Below the pieces are notes generated by a model that saw only the letters and a program-made list of their open reading frames with translations, did no database searches and had not been told where the DNA came from. A DNA stretch of 64,000 nt from Blasia pusilla (lineage: Eukaryota): assembly GCA_050084515.1 (NCBI GenBank), contig CM114271.1, positions 18,662,001 through 18,726,000 of the forward strand. Direction: 5' to 3'. Shown here piece by piece: positions 24,833 through 37,962 of this stretch (positions are counted from its first letter, which is position 1; each line of letters starts with the position of its first letter). The translations under genes and the position numbers were made by a program.

Positions 24833-27800
24833 CTAAGTACATCGAGGACAAACCCACCTTCCAGTAGGAACGACATCCAAATGTGGAGTCAAACACATCA
24901 TGTGCCAACCCCTAGAACACCGATCACACACCAACATACGGGCTGCGTTACCAGCAGACCCACACAACATGCACCTCAAGCTAGCACGTATCATGGCTAA
25001 GCTTGGGTCAACAATACCATCCACATTTGGAAGATGACATGGCGCACAATTACGCACATGGTCCTTCCAAACAACTCCATCACGACCCTCCAACATGAGA
25101 ACTCCAGAAGCTAACACCTCGCGCACTCGTAAAATAGTGCGGCCTGCCGTCACATCCAACGTTGTCGGTGCAATCTGCTGCAAATAGACATAGTCCCGCA
25201 CATGGAACCTACGAATCGATGGTCGATAACCTCCACCCCAAATGGTTGCATACCGCAACGTATCCCTGTGTTGAGCAATGGCAAGATTCTCAAAGGTCGC
25301 CGGCATAACTCTCGAAAAGAGCTCCGCTCTTGAGAACATACCCTCATCGACATCTCTCGGGTCATCAAGGTTCACCACCTCACTAGACTCCCGACAATTC
25401 TCCGGCAAGTCCGGATCTCGCCATATAACAAAAATAAGGTGAGAAGGAAGCCAAGGATGCTTGGCGGATCGAACCTATACCCCATGGCTAACCATGGCAA
25501 TCGAATATCCGGTCTCCAAGATGCCCTTCAGAGGCCATACTTGCGCAATGGCCTCTTCACCGTCTGAACCACACACTCAGCCAAACCATCCGCCTCTGGA
25601 TGATCTCGAGACGTGGTCCGATGATCAATCAACGCCTTGTCACACAAGACCTGAAACTCACCCGAAAACTCTATACCTGGTCGGTCAAGACTTCAGGTGG
25701 TGCACCAAAATGACTAAGCACTCTATCCGAAACGCATACGCCGTTCCTCACTTGCCTTGTCCGTAATGCCACCAACTCAATCCACTTGGAGAAGTGCTCC
25801 ACCATCACCAACACATATCGATGATGTCGTACAGTCAACGGTAACGGTCCCGCAAAGTCCACACTCCAACGGTAATCCAACCCCATAATAGGCAAGGGGT
25901 GTAATTGTGGTGTAGGGGCATTAAATGATGCCCTCACCCGGTCACAAACCATACAACTTGATACCAACTGCTGCACCTGAGTATGCATGCCACGCCACCA
26001 ATACTCGCCAAGGAGTAAGCTATACGTACGCTTTACCCCAAAATGTCCCAACTCCTCATGGGCATGTCGCACAATGCGCTCTCTCTGAGCCAAATGTGGC
26101 ACTACTCGTACTCTACCATCCTCCCACACGCGGAGAATATGTGTTCCCTCCAATCGATACCTCTTAGCACGTTGAAGAACACGGTCTCGCTCCTTGGCAC
26201 TCACTATGCCGGCACCCCTGGTCTCAGAGGAACTCCAACACCAACGCATCATCATGAATATCACGCTGATCCGTACCACCATCTCCAACCTTAGGATCTC
26301 AAGGTGGCCATCTACCCTCGACTAGAGTAAGATATCATGTGGTCCTCCATACTAGAGTCCACTCTAACCAACATAAAAGGCGGATGCATGCCAACCTGGC
26401 ACCATCTCCTCATCAACCTCGCCATGCCATCTAGCCCCAATTGTATCCTCTTGGCTAGTACATGGGTTCCTACTCAACCCATCCAGGTTCAACTCCTTAT
26501 GAGGGAGATCAAGGTTGGCAACCTCACAGTCTATGTACCACCCGGAAGTCATACTCCTCTAAGATAAGAGCCCACCGTGCAAGCTTCCCCTGTAAGCTTG
26601 TCGGACTCCATCAACCACTTGAGCGGTTGGTGATCGAACCCAGGGTAAACGGGTGCCAAACAAGTAACACCTAAAGTGTGCCCACACCCACACTATTGCC
26701 AAGCACTCTCCCTCATTTGAACTATAGCGCGACTCGCTGCATTTTTTGAACGACTTGCATAGGCCACCACAAACTCCATGTGCTCATCATCATGTTGTGT
26801 CAACACCGCTCCAAGTCCCAACCTACTCCAATCGTGTGTAATGAAATGGGCGCCCTCGATAGGTCTCCTCAAGATAGGCGCCGCCACCAATGGGCCTTAA
26901 GCTCCACAAAGCTCTCTCCCTGATCATCTCCCAAAGTGCCACTCTTGATCTGATTTCAGCAATTGGTTCAAAGGCTTTGCCATAGCACTAAATCCCTTCA
27001 CATACCTCCGATAGTAGTTCGCCAATCCCATGAATGCTCGAACTCTACTCACATCTACCGGACGCGGAATAAGTGCAATAGCCTCCACCTTTGCTTGCTT
27101 TGAACTCCCAAACCACCTGGATAGATCACATGACCCAAGTACTCAACATCCTCATGGAAGAACTTACACTTTCCAAGATGCAAACGTAGACCATGAGCTT
27201 TCAACCGCTCAAACACCATCTGCAGATGTATCTGATGCTCCTCCACCGTGTTACTGAACACCAAGATATCATCAATGTAACACCAAACAAAATCCAACCC
27301 TGCTAGGATCCCGTCCATCACTCTTTGAAACTCGGCAGAGTTCATTCTTCAACCCAAAGGGTAAGAATTTCCACCTGGTACAAACAATCCTTGCCATGAG
27401 AGTTGACACCCCAAAATCTTTGTCTTGGCCTTGTCACTCTCCCGAATCGGCAATTGATGGTATCTCGCCGAAGATCCAAATCTTGAAAATCTTTGCTTGT
27501 CCCACCACATCAAAGATCTCTCAGTGTAGGCATGGCATACCTATCGGCCTTGGTTTGCCGATTGATAGGACGGTAATCTCCACACATCCGCCTATCCGTG
27601 TAGTTGCCATGCATATCCTTTTTAGCGAGCATGACAATGGCTCGATGCATACTCTCTATCGACAACTCCACTAATCCAGCCTCCAAAAGGTCCAACGTCC
27701 TACTCAATCAGGTCCCTCTCCATATCACTATATCGGTAGGGGACGACGGAAGATTGGCGTATCACTAGCCAAATCAATCCGTATACCGGGTCCAACTAGA

Positions 27801-30800
27801 GAACCCAACTCCTTCATGCTAAAGGCAAAACAACTCCTATAAGCACGTAGGAAGGCGTGTCAGCGTCGTTTCTCACCTCCCGTAAGCTTGGGCCCAAGTA
27901 ATGGCTCCCAAGTCTCCTCCTTTGGCATACTAGAGGGAGAGGCGATGCCATTGGTCGCTACGCAACCCCTCACAAGATGATACACCCTTAGGGCTACACC
28001 ATCATCCGAGCAAATAACTCCTCCACCAAAGATGAGCAACCAACTTCACATGCCCAGCCATTACATCCCATTTACTCCAAGGATGCAAAATACTACTCTC
28101 CTCCCCTAGCCGATGCCTCTACCGCCCGGTAGCCATCGAAAGCTCATTACAAGGGGTGGAAGACCCCTGAACATAGTCCGAAGTCGATTTGCTCGCCATA
28201 CCAAGACTCAAAATCCAAGTCAAACAATTCAGGTCCATGGCCTGACCCAACACATGACGTCGTGAAGCCTCGAAATAGAAGCAAACATTTGCCACGCTTG
28301 AGAGTAAATCCCCATCGCACGCTCTCTCTCATCAGCGTTAGGCTCCACCAACTGTCATACATGAGAATCCCATACAAGCCTCGGACCACCTTCCCTGTAG
28401 GCATGTGACGCGGGAAAACTCACAAATGTGGGTAGTGCCATCCTAGGCTGGCCCACACGGTTCACCACTGCCATGGGTGATCGATCAATAACCCTCACCA
28501 CTTGAGAAAGTCGCCCAGTATCCAAGATACTATCCAATGTAAGGCAGGATCCGCCAGACCGCATCATATGCTCGACGTAGAACCTCCCTAGGCAACAAGT
28601 TTGTCCACCACAAGCGTGGACAATGTGCACGCGAGCCAACTTGCGCTGCATCCAACAACACCGCTGGTCCAATCCAAGACCGCACCTCATGAACACTCGC
28701 CATCATCCGGGTCCGAGTGTCACCCAACAATAGAACATTCTCTAGAATGTAAGCTAGATCACGTGCCTGATGAACTGAAGATGTCGTAACACCCGTAACA
28801 TCTCCCAAAACAATCGAGACCTAGGGTCATGTAATCCGACCACGACCAACACGTGTATGACCACGACATGGCCATCCAAAGCAATCACCAAATCCACAGA
28901 CCGACCCTCTCAAGGTCCCTGCGCTCAACAATGCAATGTGTGATGGTAAAGCACGCTGGTACCCACGAATAGCGATGGCGGAAACAACTCAAGGTATCTC
29001 TCATCAATCGACCAATATGTCGGGATGAGACTCTCGGGTCGTCTCATCTCGCTCCACATACACGTATCTCCAAGACAGAATACCGCCTGCAACACACTGC
29101 TGACCAAACCCGGTGCTAATCCCACCAAAGAGATCTAACACACAAATACCCTCCGCGGATATTGCCATACAATGGGTGTAGTATCCAAAGGGGATAACCT
29201 AATGGACGAAGTAGGAGTCCGCCGTGGGGCCTCCTCTTCCTCATGAGGTATAATGACCTCACACCAAGCCTCTGCACTAGGCGTCGACCTCTGCCGTAGT
29301 GCACCGCCTGAACTCCAAAGTGGCACATCCAACGATGAGGATGCCCCTTTGCTGCAAAAATAGGGACCTCCTCTACCTCTCATCATGCAGGAGAATCCAT
29401 AGCGAAACATTACCCTCCAAAAGTCTCTGGCCAAGTGACTACTCCACTAAAACCACGACCCACAGATGCTAACATTTGTTGGGGAAGACCCTCCTGGTCG
29501 AGCCCCGAAACAAATCTCACAGAACTTGGCTCATACGTCCATCCCGGATGCCAACCAGGTCTATAAGACATTTGTCTCACCCAGTAATCCATCTGAAAAC
29601 CCATCGGGTACAACATCGCTACTCCAACTAGTACATCATACGACCCGGCTGATGTGACTACCGCAGATACTCCCAACCGGGAGCTATCGGTCGCATGATC
29701 CGGTCTCAACTGCATGCAGAAACTTCTCCCGTGTCATGAATTGAGACCTATCATTGGCTCCTCTGAGTGATGTTTGAATCTGGAATGGGCAAGGCTCAAG
29801 CTCTGACCTCCGAATACCCAAACCAATACATGCCGCCTTTCCCAACATCAAAGGTTGGGCACCGAGAGTCTAACAAGACTCTATCTAGTCTATACACTGT
29901 CTGTAGGACTCACCAATTGGAAGATCCCACTCGGTTGTCCAACATACATACACCGGTGTAAGCCTCTCACGATCAATGGTTGGCGGGCTGGTAATGCATC
30001 CATCTTCGCCGTTCGCCGCCAAGTAGCACGGTACTCAATGCTACACCGGACATAGAGGGTCGCTCCACCGCAACACCCTCATCCACCTCAATATGTGTAG
30101 CAGTAACACCCCCACGTTCACACAACGTGGCTGCTAACTGAAATACAAGAGCTAAGTCAACTCCTAAAGCCATCACTCCGTGGCGAAAACAATGGGGATC
30201 CCAACACCGAAGTTGCCATCCGCAATCTTGCATTGAATCTTGCATCCGTGTCTACTACACGCGATGTAGATGCCTCGATCCCCAATGTCGGCTCAATAGG
30301 TGCGTGAGGAACCATGGATGGAGTCCTAAGCACCTTAGACAACAAGAATGACTGGGAAGCCTAGCTCGCCTCCCACCTCACCCCTCTGTGGGTCCAACTC
30401 ACAAAGAGCACCGCGTGGCTCGACGCTTTCGAGTGGCTCCTCTCAGAATCGCGGTGATGCCTCAACCTTTTGTCTTTGCACTCGCCATATAAGAGAGATC
30501 ATCCCTCCATAAGAGTTGGAAGCCCTGCTCCCGAACTCCGATCTATCCGGATACCGACCATAGTAGCCAACTTCGCTCCAACCGCTCAATCCTGGCAGCC
30601 ATAGCTCACTCTGTCGTAGTGGTAGGGGTAGCCACCGTAGGCTCTCCAACCACTGGTCCACCTCTACCACCCCTACCACCTCTACCACCTCGGCCTCTCG
30701 GAGCTACTCCACCACGGCCACGGCCTAATCTCAACTCTGGATGAAGATCAAAGCAACGCTCTCGAGGATGACCTAGTCTCCCACAATGATCACACTGAGT

Positions 30801-32017
30801 TGGGGCCGACTGAGGCCCATCCTCCAAAGTCCGTCTCCCATCCTCTTGGGGACAAAACTTCCTAACATGATCACCTCCACATGTCCAACATGATTGTCCT
30901 TGCTGTGGGGCAGCAAATGAAGGCAATGGTCTCTGCACAAATGTCCCTCTAGGACTTGACTGAGGTCGCGTGTACCCCCCACGACTCCCACTACTACTAC
31001 CACCACCACTACTACGAGACTGTGAGGTGGGCGGCTAAACACGAGAAGTAGTAGTTGTATCCCTATTGAATGCGGATGTCACCACTCTCTCCTTCACCAT
31101 GTTAAGCTCAATCTTCTCAGATAGCGCAAAACACATGGGTCAATGTGGATGAATCATCACTCATAAGAGTAGCATCACGCACCCCTACGGCGCAAATCTC
31201 TGTCCAAGATCCCATACAAAATCGATCGCTCGATCCTCGCCACACCTGGTAATCTGAAATCAAGCGTCGATACGCGTGTATGCCTCACGAAGACTCTCAC
31301 CGAGTCTTTTCGCTCAAAGTCCTCAAGATTCCTCAACTTCTCCGTCTTCACTCCTTGATAGTTCTTCTTCAACCTCTTGAAGAACTCTGCAACCGGGCTG
31401 AACGATGGTGGGGCACTAGTACCTCCACTAGTACCTCCACTAGTACCTCCACTGGTACCCCCACTCCGGCTCGTACTCGTATCACTCAACGTCGGGCTGG
31501 CTGGCATAGTAGGAGCACTACTACCAATACCACCATGGGTGATAGACACTGACACCGGAGACCAATATTGTCTCCACGCCTCAATCTCAGCAACATGGTC
31601 TTTCCTAAACTCATGGTATTCATCCATGGGTGGTCCTTCCAAGTGCTGAAACAACCCCTTCCAAGCCAAGAAGGGTGTAAACAACGTGGCGTTCCGCAAC
31701 ATCTGCATATCACACCATGTATCAAACTCCTGCATGAAGTCCTCCAACTCAATGGTGCCCACTGCACCCGAGTATCATCGTGGGCCCTTCATGGCCCCAT
31801 ATCCACCGTCCATGTCCCAAATCAATGGAGCTGCAACACTCGATAACAACGTAGAAGACTCGGTGTTTGGAACACCCTCGTCCTCCTCTTCATCAACCTT
31901 CGGAAGTGGAAAAGGTAGCGGATACCTAAATCCACTCCGTGTGAAACCACCACTGTCCGCACCACGGTCCCCAACCAGACCACCCGACAGCTCCGTGATG
32001 ACCAACGCCGATTCCAC
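24833..32017 (-). pseudogene. A2 gag-pol with DNMT (~28210-29150) and intact PHD (24833-24975); many frameshifts
   Basis: CMLCGSAGNAARMLVCDRCSRGWHMMCLTPHLDVVPTGRWVCPRCT*; WCYIDDILVFS; YILENVLL; SRAHCPRLWWTN; CWTCGGDH and CDHCGRLGHPRERC. Confidence 0.9.
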
Positions 32018-33201
32018 ACCACCACCAAATTACCACCACCAAATAACCAAATGACGTCGATGTCGCTATACTATTCTAGCTCTACTAGCTATTGGTGTAG
32101 GCAACCTAATTTGTCATCACCACAAGAAGTCTCCCACAGTCTACTCATCATCCCTCCAGCCTCAATACCGGTAGCACACAGGAGTAACACTACTCTGGAA
32201 ATCAGCGTCAACCCTAACAATGGGTGCGCAAGCAAGAAGCACGATGGAGGGGATCCAAACACAGGAAGTCCAACGACAACCCTCCAATAGCAAATGGAAA
32301 TCAAGGTAACACAATCCACCAAACGTGGTGCCCTCTGAATCCACAAAATCCACCACACAATTCTAACGCAATAGCTACTCCGCCGCAGGTCGATGACGTG
32401 CTAGTCGAACTCGCAGCACCTGAAAATATCACCTGCATGGAGAGGCTACACCGTACTATGCGCTAGAGGTACATCAACCAAAAACCTGAGATGCATAAAC
32501 CACCTAACACATCTCCTAACAACATCAAATGAGCTACAACAGTCTGTACACTGGCATAGTTAAGAACTCAGCAGTTAAGCGTCCTCCAGGCATAATAGCC
32601 CAAAGATGGGTGACCAGTTATGCAAAACTCAAATCCGAAATCCTGCAAAAATTGCCTCACGCCCAAGCAAGCAAGCTTGCTTGCTTGCTCCTTACTCCGC
32701 CTCTCACGCCCACTCGCCCCGAGCTACCACGAGTTGCCTCGAAGCCTCGAAATGCCCCTATCGCCCCGTTCGCCATGCTTCGCTATGGAGAGAGCTCCAA
32801 CCAGGGCGCCCCCAACGGGATAGGCGTCTCCAACAATGAACGAGTCACCAACCAACCAGCCCCTCCGATCCGCTATCCACCATAGCCAGACCTTGAGCCG
32901 ATCTGGATGAACTTCAACAGAGCTTCCGCACTCCAAGCTCTCCACATCAGAAAACTGTCGAACACGAACCAGAATCTTCAATGCTTGATAACTTCCAACT
33001 CCCTTGACGAAATCCGGCGATCTATAGCGCGTTGGAAAGCTCTCAGCAAGGCGCTTCTTTCCCAACCAACCACGCACCTGATTCACACCTCCCACATAGG
33101 CAACAAGCCGCGAACATCCACGGCTGAGTACACAATCAGCCCTAACCAGATCCTACTGATATACAATCAAAGCTACCATCGATCTACTCCTGTTCTTTGA
33201 A

Positions 33202-33569
33202 TGAAATCTGTGAAAGACCTACTGTCATAAAACACGTTTACAATCACATACAATCGAGCCAAACCCACTCCACGATGGGAGAATCTAGGTTGAAGCTTGC
33301 GGGAAACACCATAGCCAAGAGCTCTACTCACTACCAAGGCTAACTCCCAACGAAACAGGCTCAACTCAAAGAATTGACTGTTCTTTGAGTGCACTCCACC
33401 TTATATCCTCCAACCTAAGAGCGGGTCCTACTGGGAAACTCACCCCCAACTGAGTAACCCCCAACCCTATGTATGGAACCGCATCTCTACCAAGCCACTA
33501 CGGTCCTACATAAGGAATGGCCTCTACTAGCACACTATACTCTACGACATAATCCGTATGGTCATGACA
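33202..33569 (-). repeat. A2 5' terminal repeat x
   Basis: About 8 substitutions in ~368 bp versus 24184-24551, counted by eye. Confidence 0.93.
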
Positions 33570-33957
33570 AACGAGTGAGATTTCAAAATTTCTCTCCCTC
33601 CACTTCAGTAATTTTGCTCGTTGATTTTGCTCTGATTGTTGTTGCAGTAATCTTGAGTGGAAGTTCATAAACCTGTGAAGATCCAAATCGGACAACTTGC
33701 TGCAGATTAAATATGTGTTTTTCGAGGGGGGAAGAGAGAGTGGGGTGGTCGGATTGATGTTATGGTTGTTGGAGCCCTTCCATCATGTGCGATGCTCATT
33801 TTCTCATGGTCTACTTATCTCCATCACAACATACAATTCACGTTCAATATTCTGGATTCATTGCCCAAAGATAATGCATTTTTGAGTAACAGCTTCTTAG
33901 GGATACCAATGAGGTACGGTAGATAGTTTTAGTGTCGAGGAGAGTTTCTTGGTTGAT

Positions 33958-33975
33958 GCTCTCTCTCTCTCTCTA
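33958..33975 (+). repeat. (CT)n microsatellite
   Basis: CTCTCTCTCTCTCTCT run. Confidence 0.8.
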
Positions 33976-36900
33976 CCTCATTACTTACATTTTCGACCTC
34001 AAATTGAGTACACCATCCAAACAAGCACAATTGGGTGGATAGGAGTTACTTAGATTTGAACAAATGGGTCTCAAGTTTCATAAAAAAAAATGTGTGACTA
34101 AAAGAATTACCCATATGAATTAAGGTAACCCTCTTCAACCACCAATGAAGGCATGGCACGAGTTTGCTGGATTCGATCACCCAAAGAAAATAGTCCAGAC
34201 TGACAATTAATAATAGAGTGCTTCACTTGGCCCATGGAAAAATAGTACCCAATGACAATTATTTTTAAAATGCTTCACTTCTCATAGAGAGACAATTTTT
34301 CCTTTCTTTCCCCTTTTAGTAACCTCCCCATGCTCGGTTAATAGTAGACGTAGGAAAAGTTGAACATGAGACGTGTGGGAGCAGCTCCCCCACGGTTGAT
34401 AGACCCAACTGCTAGAACCCACCACCTTCCGTACCAGTGTCTCCCTTTCTAGTCCCAACATAGGAGAAAAAAGCAAGGAACGTTGCTATTTCAAATCTTG
34501 GTGCATCGTAAAACACACAAGTCATACGTCCACGACGCTCTCAAGTAAGTGATGGGAGTTGAAAGGATTAGAGAATGGCGCATGGACGGGGAGAAGATAT
34601 CTGAGCATATAGAGCCAAGCAGTAGAGCACGCGGACATCATCAAGCAGAGCATACGATTCGATTTGAACCTGGGCCAACAATACATGGAGCGCAACAATC
34701 TTCATAGAATGGCGGAGCCACCCGAATAGATGGGGCAACGAGAATGCAAAGCACAGAGAGAGCACTGGGAGGCAGCCATGACCAGCCAAGTGCCCATTGA
34801 ACAAGAAGCAGGGAATGGCAAAGTGTGAATAGTGCCCAACCTCTTAAACATTTGAAATTTGAAAAGAAAGCCATCCAAGGAAGATGACTCCATGACCCGT
34901 CCCTCCGCAACGGTCATGCGCATGGTATTCCCACCACCCATGGAAATCTCCGCTGCGGATATCGGCCCCATGCCAGCCCCGCGTACTCGCTTACCCTGCG
35001 GCCGGCGGTTTAAGGACAGCCGTCAACCTGGGAAATTTGCCGGCAAGTCGAGTCCCAACCGAACCGACGGAACCCGTCCCATGTCCCGCGACCGCACTTG
35101 CATTTAATGCACGGGGTTCTGGCTCAGCCCTCCTTCGAACCAGTAGAGAGGAGTGGTGATACACACCGGAGCCTGCACCACCATCACCAGAATCCGTCAA
35201 CATGTGATTCTCTATCTGCACGTTTCCGCTCTGGTTTTGATTTTTGAGGTAAAGAATTTTTTTCGGGTTTGATAGTAATTCGAGAGTAGAATTCATCGAT
35301 TCTGGTGTCGAACTCATCGGTTTCTTTTAGATTGGGATCAAAGGTGCCAGGCAAATTGCTCGCCCAGGGCTTTGCCTTTCCGCGCACTCGAGCCACGTGG
35401 TGACGAAACGCGTCTGAGATTCTTCCGCGGTGAAGTCCATCCCAGACTACATAAAGATTTGGTACTCTTTGGATGTTTGCAGCTTTGACGTGAATTTTCT
35501 CGTACCGATGGGGAATCATGGAAGCGTCTGCAGATCGTCAAAAGTGTTCACGTTGTTGATGAAAGAGATTGACCTGGAAAAAGCAGAAACGGCCTTGGAG
35601 TATAGAAGGCCGATGGAGATCATATTAATCACGAACTGTCATGACTGGCCAAGCGTCGGGTCTAGTTCTAGCTTGACCAGGTTTTAAAAAATGCAAAATC
35701 TCTCAGTTAAAGCTGTCCAGCATCCCAATACATGTTTTCTTTCCTTCGTGAAGTTACACAAGTCCACACTATATTCGGTCAGTTCTGTGCGTCGGTGGCT
35801 TAGATTCCGGTGATGAGTCTGAAAAGTCTTGTACGAATTGTATACAACGCCCGAGCCACGCTAGGAACCCCTATAGTCCCACAGGAGAGGCACTGTCGTC
35901 AAGGAACGCGATGAGACAATCGATTTTCCAGCGACTAGCAAAGGGAGCTCTTAGGACGTGTAAGCCTTAAGAAATTTCTCCACAAATTTAGCAGTATCTC
36001 TCGATAACTCGGTTCGCTAGACAGCTCGCATACGCCACGCTCCCTCCTTAGACGGATTCCTGTTTAAGGCTAGCTTCGATAAAGGCAGGCGGATCTCGAC
36101 AGGGAGACATGAGGATTATCTATCTTGTGCGTGATCCGAGGAGGTAAAGGCGAGAATTATCTTTAGCACTGAAAGCGGAAATTTGCCATCCAGATTCCCG
36201 GGCCCCGGGCCTCAGCACTGCCAGGGAATGTGGCCGGTTCCGTTATATACATGAATCGTCATGATGAGTGGTCATGGGCATGAGTCACTGAGAGGGTGAT
36301 GTTGTCATCAGAAATCCCTGGCAATCTCTTGCCTCAGAAGCCCGATATGGACAGGCCTGAGAACATTCCGAGTCTCTACATACACAGAAGCCGATTTTCA
36401 GAATGAGGAAGATCAATTACTTGAGCGTTCAGATGTCAATATCGAATGAAGGAGGTCTGGCGTGCGTTTTATCTGTACGGTAACTGGTATCCATTGACTC
36501 CTTTCCTGTCGAGCAAGTCACGGTCCACGCGATATGTGAACTCACAGGGTTTACCATAACATCAGCACAATCTCATCATGCGTGGGCGGGATAAATCTGT
36601 ACCATAGTCCACTAGGAAATACTGGACGGTAGAAAATGGCATGGCAAATTCGAAGGCCACAGAACCGAATGAAGCCGCAGAGGAGATTCAAGGTAATCTA
36701 CTCCGCAAATTGTTCACTTGATATTGCCACAATCGTGCGCAGAAACTGTCATCGTTTGACGAGGAAAGATCTTACTTATCGCGACGCTGGCCATAACTTC
36801 TGCCCTTCTGAACGCTTCTCAGACCTCGATCACGGACACCGGATCCACCGGTGGAAGGCCTTGGAAGATGCGCTTGTGACCTGTAAGCGCGTGACCCCTG

Positions 36901-37962
36901 CTAGGTCGCCATGTTCTGCAGGCTTCAGTTCAAAAATCCAGTTGACTTTCCAGATTTCCAAGAGCCCCACCTCCAGCCCAAACTCATCTCACAAAGCTTA
37001 CGCATATCTAGGTACACGACAAGTAAGATGAGACAGAGGCAGACACGCGTTATCGCACAGGATCAAATTTCTTTCGCAGCGAATCCGTTGTTCCTGATCA
37101 GAGGAAGTCAGCGGGTGCTTGTTTGATCGCGCAGACACGGGACTCGGCCGTCGACGCAAGTGGAAGATTTCAAAATCTGCAGGTACACCCTGAATTTGCA
37201 CCGCGAAGGAAGTAACTAGTCGAAAAAGCTACAGTGATTCAAGCGAAGTTGACAATCCTCCGCCTTATCCGCATGATTCTCATGTCTGTCGCCAATCTAT
37301 GTGCAGAAAGGGGCGGGCTGAGCCTCGAGGTGTAGTCGATGGCGTCAAAATGGAATGCTGCTGCTCCAACCGTGCCACGTTAGCTGCGTTCGGTGATCGG
37401 CAATCTTAGACTTCGTTGGATTCTCCCCTAGGGATCAGGTTTCCAATCCTACCTTCTCCGTTATCACCAGGCTGCACATACGCATGATCTTTTGCTCGAG
37501 TCTGTTCCCCGAGGGAGCGCTGAAAGCATTTCTCGAACCCAGCTTCTTATATTATCGCAGTGTGTGCCTTCCTTGAGCGATTGGTCTTGATCTTGGGAAA
37601 GCTACCAGGCCGTCTATGAAAGTGGGACAGATGCTATTCACCCCAATTAAACAAATCTCCCCGAGCAGGTGAATTCCCTCTGGAGTCTGATCTGACCCCT
37701 CTTTGGAAGAATCGAAGGGTCTTTCCCTTTCCTGACATGTTAAAAAAACCGTCCATGGTTCTCCATCTACTGTCGCTAACCCCTAAACAGTGCGATCAAT
37801 GAGCAATTACGTTTGATTCTTGATACACAGTATTTTTATTCTGGGTGTCTAGTCTGCTACTCACTCCGATGCAGTTGGTGTGTAGTTGATCACTTGAGTC
37901 GGAGGAAAGGCATACGACGGAGCAAAATTCTGCGCACCTTGTGTGCTGATAAAACCCCTAAA

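Larger units (their letters stand above)
24078..33569 (-). mobile_element. Family-A retrotransposon A2, full length
   Basis: TGTCGTGCG (24078) to GGTCATGACA (33569); perfect TSD AACG (24074-24077 / 33570-33573). Confidence 0.95.

Noticed and set aside
34560-37300. Short ORFs (34641-35519, 36636-37031) as a second host gene
   Set aside because: I found no recognisable domain or coherent splice chain; a UTR exon or lncRNA cannot be excluded without RNA data
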